Shown here piece after piece: positions 17,281-23,974 of a DNA stretch of 29,275 bases. Source of the DNA: a virus (Duplodnaviria; Caudoviricetes). Where the stretch lies: IMG/VR virus record IMGVR_UViG_3300044512_000484, positions 1-29,275 of that record. The stretch is one strand, 5' to 3'. A program made the position numbers and the translations under genes. The notes under the pieces were generated by a model. It saw nothing but the letters and a program-made list of their open reading frames with translations. It was not told where the DNA came from and searched no databases. Within the stretch, counting starts at the first letter, position 1; every line of letters starts with the position of its first letter.

Positions 17281-17424
17281 TTATTTTTCGGCTTCAGGTT
17301 CTAAATCTTTAAGTGCCTCCAGAATATCCTTTGCATGCTGCTGCAAGGCTGCGTGCTGGTCTGCGCTGAGGGAAGCAACGCGTGTGGCAATGTATAGTTG
17401 ATTAAGCTTGTCTTGAATAGTCAT
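17281..17424 (-). CDS. 47-aa helical protein after the tail fibre (not in ORF track)
   Basis: MTIQDKLNQLYIATRVASLSADQHAALQQHAKDILEALKDLEPEAEK*; tiles the gap. Confidence 0.75.
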   Translation of the reverse strand: MTIQDKLNQLYIATRVASLSADQHAALQQHAKDILEALKDLEPEAEK

Positions 17425-17432
17425 ACAAACAA

Positions 17433-17462
17433 TTTATAAAACCACTTAATAGTGGTTGTCAA
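17433..17462 (-). promoter_or_regulatory. Possible sigma70 promoter with a palindrome in the spacer
   Basis: TTGACA-N18-TATAAA; AACCACT-atta-AGTGGTT inverted repeat at 17440-17457. Confidence 0.4.
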
Positions 17463-18905
17463 TTAGTTGTTTTCCAACGCCTCAAGACGGGCAGTGAGTT
17501 CCTTAATCGAGTTTACTAGCGCGAAGGTTAGCGCGTGGCCGTTCCAGTTAAGCACTTCGGTTTCCTCTTCGTCATCCTCGTCGAGCTTCGTCATGTAGCT
17601 GCCGACGCACTCGGGGAAAGCATTGATTGCTTCTTGAGCGATGATTGAGATTTTGTCTTCGCCGTCGTCCACCATTCCGGCTTTGCCGTTGTATCGGTAG
17701 GTGACGGGACGAAGTGAAAGCACGGCGTCGAGGCCTTTAGTGTATTCGCCAGTTTCGGTTTTAATCCGAGCATCGGAAGCAATAGTCCAAGTGTTGGTTG
17801 ATGGTTTTGCTGCGGAGTCCGTGCTCAGTTGTAGCTGATATGCTGGCGAGGTCGTCCCAATGCCAACGTTGCCGCCGGAGGTGATTCGCATACGCTCCCC
17901 ACCAGACGTGCTGTATTTGTGCGTCAAAGCATTCCAGTTTGCATCGAGCCACGCACTGCTAGTGCGACTATAAGATTGCGCCCAAGACCCAGTCGTCGTG
18001 TCGGTGTAAAACTCCCATCCTGCGCCGGTCGTTGGAAATCCATTTCCTTGGATAGCCGCTCCGCCTCCTGCCACGACAAACTTAGCGGTTGGTGCCGTCG
18101 TCCCCACGCCGACGTTGCCCGTGAAGCTACCTGCACCCGTAACGGCGAGGCCGGTGGGGGTAAAATCCGCAACAGCAGTCGAGTTGCTTCCGTCGGAACG
18201 AGTCAGGCGAATACGCAACGAGCCATCCGTCGAAGTGTCCGGCCCTTGGATGAGCAGGCGACCTTTACCGTCTGCGCCAACATAACCGAGGCTCGCCGAC
18301 GCCGCGAGGTTCGAAGCTTCCGCGCCCGTAGTCCGCAAGGATGCCGTCGAGGTCACTTCACCCGTCACAGTCAAATCTCCGGTAACGTCGGTGTCGTCAC
18401 CAAACGACCCTGCGCCCGTCGCGATGATCGCCCCAGTCGAATTGACTTGACTGAACGTCCCAGCCGCCGGAGTCGTCGCCCCAATCGTAGTGCCGTCAAT
18501 CGTGCCGCCGTTGATGTCTGCCGTATCTGCAATCAGCGAGTCGATGTTCGCCGTGCCGTCGAGGTAGAGGTCGCGCCATTCGTGACCCGTGCGACCAAGG
18601 TCGTAGGTGTTGTCGGTCGCTGGCGTAAACTCAGATGCAATCCGAGCGTTGAACGTCACGGTGTCCGTGTTGCTGCTACCGAGCGTCGTGTTGTCCACTA
18701 CGCCTAGAGACGTAAGCCCTGTCGCGCTGCCGCCGGTGATAACAACAGCGTTTGCATCCTGAGTAGCTATTGTGCCAAGACCAAGGTTGTCTCGGGCATC
18801 AGAAGCATTGTCGGCCCCCGTTCCACCGTTAACAATGGGCAATACGCCAGAAATATTGTCTAGGGAGTCTGGTGTATCCAGAATAAGGGTCTTAAAAACG
18901 TCCAT
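17463..18905 (-). CDS. Tail fibre with C-terminal peptidase S74 intramolecular chaperone
   Basis: LPIVNGGTGA..A.DAR.NLGL anchor, GNVGIGTTSP repeats, SDARIKT...L.PV.Y.Y...IAQE...LVNSIKEL. Confidence 0.88.
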   Translation of the reverse strand: MDVFKTLILDTPDSLDNISGVLPIVNGGTGADNASDARDNLGLGTIATQDANAVVITGGSATGLTSLGVVDNTTLGSSNTDTVTFNARIASEFTPATDNTYDLGRTGHEWRDLYLDGTANIDSLIADTADINGGTIDGTTIGATTPAAGTFSQVNSTGAIIATGAGSFGDDTDVTGDLTVTGEVTSTASLRTTGAEASNLAASASLGYVGADGKGRLLIQGPDTSTDGSLRIRLTRSDGSNSTAVADFTPTGLAVTGAGSFTGNVGVGTTAPTAKFVVAGGGAAIQGNGFPTTGAGWEFYTDTTTGSWAQSYSRTSSAWLDANWNALTHKYSTSGGERMRITSGGNVGIGTTSPAYQLQLSTDSAAKPSTNTWTIASDARIKTETGEYTKGLDAVLSLRPVTYRYNGKAGMVDDGEDKISIIAQEAINAFPECVGSYMTKLDEDDEEETEVLNWNGHALTFALVNSIKELTARLEALENN

Positions 18906-18906
18906 T

Positions 18907-19233
18907 TTACAAATAGTTCAACTCTTGCATTTCAAGCACAGCATCCGTGCTTGCTTCGCGAATAGCCTTAACCTTGGAAACCATTTCCCGCGTCCAATAA
19001 ACAGAACTTCCTGCGGGCATACGATAGCCAAGTGAAGCGGTAGGATCAGTGGTGCCATCCATCGTTACACGAATTGCAGCATCATTAACCTGAACAAGCA
19101 CATGCGTCGTGCCAGAGTTTAGGGTCCAATCCAACACCTGCTCAGCCGTAGAACTAATTGTGTTCTGCCGGTGGGTGGTAGTATTCTGGGGGATTGCCTG
19201 AGAAGGCGTATTAACAATTCTTGCGTTAGGCAT
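18907..19233 (-). CDS. Small beta-rich virion protein, paralogue of 19238-19552 (start reassigned to 19233)
   Basis: MPNARIVN...; shares V.V....I.VT.D...P.AS.G..L..G....W...A.R...TDA with its neighbour. Confidence 0.65.
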   Translation of the reverse strand: MPNARIVNTPSQAIPQNTTTHRQNTISSTAEQVLDWTLNSGTTHVLVQVNDAAIRVTMDGTTDPTASLGYRMPAGSSVYWTREMVSKVKAIREASTDAVLEMQELNYL

Positions 19234-19237
19234 AGGA

Positions 19238-19552
19238 TTAAACAGTAAAGGGTGATGCCTGCACGGCTGCGTCCGTTCCGCCAGCACGAATCATAATTGC
19301 GCTATCTGCCTGTCGGGCCGACCAGAAGCCTTTCCATCCAGACTCAAGTTTGTGCCCATTTGACGCAGAGGGAACAGAGCGATCAAAGGTAACCATAATA
19401 TCGGCACCTTGCACATCAACATAAACAAACTTGGTGTCTTCGTCATACCAAGTTGACGCAAACTCAATAGGAACCGTAGAAACCGTCAAACGCTCATCTG
19501 TTCCGCCTTCGGTGGGAACAGGATAAAGATTAACTGAAAAAGTATTAGGCAT
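19238..19552 (-). CDS. Small beta-rich virion protein
   Basis: In the structural gene run; paralogous to the downstream gene. Confidence 0.65.
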   Translation of the reverse strand: MPNTFSVNLYPVPTEGGTDERLTVSTVPIEFASTWYDEDTKFVYVDVQGADIMVTFDRSVPSASNGHKLESGWKGFWSARQADSAIMIRAGGTDAAVQASPFTV

Positions 19553-19556
19553 AGTA

Positions 19557-20414
19557 TTAACGAGATTGGCGAGAAACGTAAGTTGAAATTCGACGATATA
19601 AAGCGTTATTGTTCCTCTGAGTTTCTGCTTTATCCAATTCTATCAAAAGGTATTGCTGCGCCACATTCTCTTCTGCAATGGCCTTGTCAATTTGACCATC
19701 CATACGCAAGAAGTCTGCATACGCTGCGTGCGCTATATATTCAAAAAACTCAGAAGGAATGTTAGTGGATGAATCCGTATATGGGCCTTCCCACTTTTTC
19801 AAATAACCCACCCAAAATCCGCTAAGTTCTTTGTCGTTGTGTATTACATTAGCACCATCACTACCAACCCAAAACTCATACTCAATAGCAGAGTTAATGT
19901 TTAAGGGGTTGCTGCTCCAAATACGATTAAAGCTATCAATCTCAGGAACGCTATTAGCAATCACGCTCCCAGATCCCGTGTAATCTTCAACACCAGTTCC
20001 CGTTTCAAGATTATATGTAAACGTATCGTTATTGATTGATCCTGTGCTTACTGATACAACCTGATAGCTACCATTTGGATCAACAGAACCAGTTAATCCA
20101 GAAACAGTAACATACATTCCCTCTACAAAATCAACAGACGCGGTGCATCTAATTGTAACTAATTTATCTGCACGGGAAGCAGTAGCAATATTTTTGGAAG
20201 CAGGGGTGAATGTCGTAGAAATAACATTACCAACCGCTGGCCGTGCTTGTGCCCCAACAATATAACGCGGCCAAACTTTGTTCTGTCGATAAGCCTGATA
20301 AGCTCTACGATTAACAAAGTTAAGGATGCTTCCTTTTTCGCTAGGGTTAAAGTTGCTTACCCCAGAAAGCGAGCTAATTAAGGAGTAGAGATCACTATAC
20401 GTCCGATTGGTCAT
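19557..20414 (-). CDS. Head-to-tail adaptor (tail tubular protein A class) with an inserted beta domain
   Basis: Helical N-terminus ending WP, C-terminal IPSEFFEYIAHAAYADFL helices; position after the capsid gene. Confidence 0.65.
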   Translation of the reverse strand: MTNRTYSDLYSLISSLSGVSNFNPSEKGSILNFVNRRAYQAYRQNKVWPRYIVGAQARPAVGNVISTTFTPASKNIATASRADKLVTIRCTASVDFVEGMYVTVSGLTGSVDPNGSYQVVSVSTGSINNDTFTYNLETGTGVEDYTGSGSVIANSVPEIDSFNRIWSSNPLNINSAIEYEFWVGSDGANVIHNDKELSGFWVGYLKKWEGPYTDSSTNIPSEFFEYIAHAAYADFLRMDGQIDKAIAEENVAQQYLLIELDKAETQRNNNALYRRISTYVSRQSR

Positions 20415-20719
20415 ATCTTGTTAGGAGAAAGATGTGGGAACTTCTTTTGGTAATACTTCATAAACTCCTTAGAATGAACTTCCTTATGCCCATATTTTTG
20501 CTGCATACGGAAAAACTCCCACTCGGGGATTACACCAATACAGCGACCAAGCCCAGGCACTTCTTTTTGATTCACCAACTCTTTTGCCTGTTCAGCCGCT
20601 TGCGCTTCTTTTGACCGTTCAATTTCTTTCTTAAACTCTAACCCAGTAGTAAGCTCACGCATCAAGGCGCGATTAATTTCTCCGTCGTGATACTTGGGAA
20701 ATGACGTAATTAAGTGCAT
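20411..20719 (-). CDS. Conserved hypothetical protein downstream of the major capsid gene
   Basis: GRCIGVIP...F.KY....FPHL pattern; ATGA-coupled to the adaptor gene. Confidence 0.7.
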   Translation of the reverse strand: MHLITSFPKYHDGEINRALMRELTTGLEFKKEIERSKEAQAAEQAKELVNQKEVPGLGRCIGVIPEWEFFRMQQKYGHKEVHSKEFMKYYQKKFPHLSPNKI

Positions 20720-20720
20720 A

Positions 20721-20754
20721 ATAATAGGGCTACCCCGAAGGATAGCCCCATTAT
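20721..20754 (-). terminator. Hairpin with cUUCGg tetraloop after the major capsid gene
   Basis: Minus strand ATAATGGGGCTATCC-TTCG-GGGTAGCCCTATTAT, 15-bp stem with G-U pairs and a weak U-tail. Confidence 0.65.
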
Positions 20755-20778
20755 AACATGTAAGTCTAGTAGTTAGAT

Positions 20779-21762
20779 TTACGCAATAGCGGTGATCTTA
20801 CCGTGAGCACCAGGGTGCTTCATCAACAGGGACAGGGTGGTGTCAACGTAACCACGCTCACCGCCACCAAGATTCGGAAGGCGGGTCGAACCAAGACCGA
20901 TCAACTCAGAAACGCCGTAGTAGTCGGGATTGACGAGGTAACCCGTGTCCTTGTTTGACCCGGCAGGGGCGCAGTCAGGGTTCATGTTGACAATGCTCAC
21001 CATACCGTGATCGGACTCATACATCTCAACAGAGAGTTTGATGGTCTTGGAATCAGCAGCCTGGGTAACCTGACGGTAAACCGCGTTGGTCGATCCAGAG
21101 GTTCGAGCATAGTCAGCAATAACCCGACGAAGAGCAGTGTCAGCAACCAAGGTAAGGTTGTTGGTGCTGCCAGTCACTCGGTAGATGGACGTGATAAGGT
21201 CGTTAAACCCGCTTTCGGTCAGAGAGCCGGTGCTATGGATAGAATCCGCAGAGGTGCGGTAAGCAGCAGGAACGTCAGCCGGACCAGCCGAATCAATCCA
21301 GTTACCAAGACCACGCAGACCATAAACGGTGCCAGCACCATCTTCAGCCGTGCGATCATTAGTGGAGCAGAGGGTGGCCTCCACGTCACGCTTCAGTTCG
21401 CGAGCAGACTTAGCTTCGGCCTCAGCAATTTTAGCCGGTCCAACGGACTCAACGGCATCTTGCAGGTCCGAAACCATGAAGTCACGGCGGAACTTTTGCA
21501 CGTAGTTGCCGAGACGAGCGCGGCCACTAAACTTGTCGGTAAACGAGGTAACGTCAGAACCCTCGGCAACACCCGTGGTAACAGGAGCAGCCAGCGAATC
21601 AACCGTCCACTCAACGAAGGTGGCGGTTGCCTTGCTTTTGGGAGCAGACGAAAGAACAGGAGTCTCCTCGGGAGCGAGGATCGTCAGGATGTCGGTGAGG
21701 TCTTCACGATTGGAGACCCCAGAACCAGGATTAGTGGTGTCGTAGGTATTAGAAAAAGCCAT
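20779..21762 (-). CDS. Major capsid protein (DUF5309 / SU10-type)
   Basis: NREDLTDIL..L.PEETP..S......AT..EW..D.L, EG.D, R.GNY.Q.F, ELKRD.E, YESD.G motifs; biased codon use. Confidence 0.9.
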   Translation of the reverse strand: MAFSNTYDTTNPGSGVSNREDLTDILTILAPEETPVLSSAPKSKATATFVEWTVDSLAAPVTTGVAEGSDVTSFTDKFSGRARLGNYVQKFRRDFMVSDLQDAVESVGPAKIAEAEAKSARELKRDVEATLCSTNDRTAEDGAGTVYGLRGLGNWIDSAGPADVPAAYRTSADSIHSTGSLTESGFNDLITSIYRVTGSTNNLTLVADTALRRVIADYARTSGSTNAVYRQVTQAADSKTIKLSVEMYESDHGMVSIVNMNPDCAPAGSNKDTGYLVNPDYYGVSELIGLGSTRLPNLGGGERGYVDTTLSLLMKHPGAHGKITAIA

Positions 21763-21777
21763 GATTATAAAGTAAAA

Positions 21778-22908
21778 TTATTTACGCTTAGAGTGTTGAA
21801 GAGTGCGGAGAGCTATAAAGTCCTGTGTAGCACCTGAAGTTGAGAATCGTTGTTGGACGTCTTTCACTGCCTTAGCAGCGCGAGGTTCTGGCTGCTCGCT
21901 TTGAGCAGTGGAACTAATCGAGATGGACGGAGGAGTGATTCTTGCGCTAGGCTTTGGCTGATTAACTGGCTTCCGGTTATAAATGGAATTAGCAGCGTGA
22001 GCTATCATATATTCCATATACGGTTCCAGATCAGGCACCTTCTCTACGGCCTCTTTGATCAAGGGGCTTTCGCGAAGGGATTCAAACTGCTTTCGCACAT
22101 CATTATCCTCTCCATCAATCCAAGAAAGCTCGGACTTAATAGCATCAGAAAACTGCGCCTTCATATTAAGGCGTTGCTCTTTAGCCTGTAAATCCTGCAA
22201 TCGTGCAGGCAAAAACGTCTTACGGGATTTTTGGGAATCTCGCAAAACCTTTCGCACCTGAGCCTTTGTAATCTCTTGGTCGCCATTTTGTGCAACAACA
22301 TCATCTGCTGCCAGATGGTCATTATTCCACAAAACATCTTCTGCCCATTCAATAGCTTCGTCAATTTCGCGGGCTTTTGCCTGCAAATCTTCAATGGTAT
22401 TGATGTCAGAAAAGGGGTTGTTTTCAACCTTCTTAACTTCCAAGGGATCTTTTTGGCTTTCACGACTTTGCATTTCCTGCTTCAAGGCATTAAGCTGTTC
22501 CTCGGCTTGCTTACGCTTTGCGGTAAGCTCACCAAATCTAGCTACTGCTCGGCTCCCTAGCTTTTCAGCTAGTTCACGAAGCTCGGCCTCTGACATGGAT
22601 TCTAGGTCGATCTCGCTCTTAGAAAGAACTTCTTCTTCGTCTTGGCTTTCAAGCTGATCCTCGTTGACGATTTCCGCGTTAGATTCGTCTTGAGGCTCTG
22701 GAGCAGTTTCCTCCTCCACCTGTTCTGCCTTAACTTCCGATTCTTGGGGTTCTGTATTAATCTCCTTAGTAAACACTTTAGGTTCACCAGAAGGTTTTCC
22801 ATCACCACCTTTGCGATGGAGTGCATACATTCCAAACGCAAGATTATCTGACTGTTCCGCTGGACTTGGTTCACCCGCAGCGTTGGGTGTTAGGACTTCA
22901 TTAGACAT
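21778..22908 (-). CDS. Capsid scaffolding protein
   Basis: Acidic disordered N-terminus, RFGELTAKRKQAEE coiled coil, Pro-rich C-terminus; directly upstream of the capsid gene. Confidence 0.75.
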   Translation of the reverse strand: MSNEVLTPNAAGEPSPAEQSDNLAFGMYALHRKGGDGKPSGEPKVFTKEINTEPQESEVKAEQVEEETAPEPQDESNAEIVNEDQLESQDEEEVLSKSEIDLESMSEAELRELAEKLGSRAVARFGELTAKRKQAEEQLNALKQEMQSRESQKDPLEVKKVENNPFSDINTIEDLQAKAREIDEAIEWAEDVLWNNDHLAADDVVAQNGDQEITKAQVRKVLRDSQKSRKTFLPARLQDLQAKEQRLNMKAQFSDAIKSELSWIDGEDNDVRKQFESLRESPLIKEAVEKVPDLEPYMEYMIAHAANSIYNRKPVNQPKPSARITPPSISISSTAQSEQPEPRAAKAVKDVQQRFSTSGATQDFIALRTLQHSKRK

Positions 22909-22955
22909 AGTTATCAACGCTCTCTTTATACGCCTGAGCGATTTGCGATAGTGAC

Positions 22956-22964
22956 ATTATAACA
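22956..22964 (-). promoter_or_regulatory. Extended -10 promoter for the scaffold-capsid genes
   Basis: TGTTATAAT 47 nt upstream of the scaffold ATG. Confidence 0.6.
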
Positions 22965-22978
22965 GTCATTTTTATTGC

Positions 22979-23007
22979 TTTACAAAAAAACAAAAAAATA
23001 ATACTTT
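22979..23007 (+). promoter_or_regulatory. Sigma70-like promoter for the counter-oriented gene
   Basis: TTTACA-N17-TACTTT-N5-ATG(23013). Confidence 0.55.
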
Positions 23008-23012
23008 TATTT

Positions 23013-23219
23013 ATGAGTTCTAATACCCCTAAGCAATCAGCGCACGATTGGACCGCCCCAGAACATTGGAACGTAGCGAAAACAATGGATCGCGTTAAAA
23101 TTAAAAACAACGAGCACCACGCAAAGCTATACCCGTTTGGGGAGCTAGTGATTAAAGAGCATCCTATTTTTCAATACTCACGCAGAAATCCTCCAGCGCA
23201 TGTATTAAAAAGTATTTAG
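23013..23219 (+). CDS. Counter-oriented small hypothetical protein
   Basis: 68 aa ORF fills a gap with no convincing minus-strand gene, has its own promoter, and its stop overlaps the stop of 23216-23437. Confidence 0.6.
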   Translation: MSSNTPKQSAHDWTAPEHWNVAKTMDRVKIKNNEHHAKLYPFGELVIKEHPIFQYSRRNPPAHVLKSI

Positions 23220-23437
23220 TGCGTCTTTTCTGCGTGCCGAAACAGTATACTTTCGGCGTTAGACATTTTAAGGATCTGGTCGTATGCCAGAATCTGCCCA
23301 GAGATTTGCTGAATCTTGTCAGTTTCTGCATCAAACAATGCTGCAATGCAGGACTCGCGCTCGTCTTTAATTGATTGCAGAAAGTCTGCAAACTGAGAAA
23401 CGTGGGAAAGATGATCTAATGATTGTTCTAGTGACAT
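23216..23437 (-). CDS. Conserved small helical protein in the portal-scaffold region
   Basis: TAATG-coupled; F..FL..I...RE..I..L.......QISG.I pattern. Confidence 0.7.
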   Translation of the reverse strand: MSLEQSLDHLSHVSQFADFLQSIKDERESCIAALFDAETDKIQQISGQILAYDQILKMSNAESILFRHAEKTH

Positions 23438-23973
23438 TATTGAGCGTATTTACGAACCATTGAAGCAAGGTTGAGTGCGCGTCCCTTTACCTGACGAGCC
23501 CACTTGCTATCAAGCATTTCACGCGCTGCTACGTTGTAATCCTTTTCCATAAGAGCAGCTTTAGTGTTTTCAAACGTTCTTAGGTTAGTTAAACCTAGAT
23601 TAAAAGACATATCAATTATAGCCTTCTTTACGTCAGACGGCTGCTCATCAAAGTTCGGTAACCACTTACGAGCATCGTTAAATGCTTGGATAATAGACTC
23701 ATTATAAAGACGTTTAATTTCCGGCTCGGTTAACCGAACCTTTTTGTCAACTAAGTCTTTTACGTTATAACCCATCTTCCTAATAATCCGCTGATTATGA
23801 GGCTGTGATAGGTTAAAGCCAATACCAATAGTAGGCTTTTTCTCACTATCAAGATAAGCATATTGCCTAACTCCTTCGTGTTGAGCAATTTGCTTATATA
23901 GGTCTTCAGAGAATTTCTTTTGCTGTAGGCTTGCCCGATTAGCTACCTCATTGTAGTTGCCAACATCAGGCAT
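23437..23973 (-). CDS. T4-like lysozyme (GH24; start reassigned to 23973)
   Basis: HEG...AYLDSEKKPTIGIGFNL (E-x8-D-x5-T triad), DMSFNLG, AAREMLDSKWARQVKGRA. Confidence 0.92.
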   Translation of the reverse strand: MPDVGNYNEVANRASLQQKKFSEDLYKQIAQHEGVRQYAYLDSEKKPTIGIGFNLSQPHNQRIIRKMGYNVKDLVDKKVRLTEPEIKRLYNESIIQAFNDARKWLPNFDEQPSDVKKAIIDMSFNLGLTNLRTFENTKAALMEKDYNVAAREMLDSKWARQVKGRALNLASMVRKYAQ

Positions 23974-23974
23974 A

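Noticed and set aside
17919-18707. 262-aa + strand Arg-rich ORF
   Set aside because: Antisense to the GC-rich tail fibre, where stop codons are rare
20760-20800. Possible frameshift or read-through extension of the capsid protein
   Set aside because: No slippery heptamer is evident and a second in-frame TAA follows within two codons
21007-21837. 276-aa + strand ORF
   Set aside because: Antisense shadow of the codon-biased major capsid gene; no recognisable protein features
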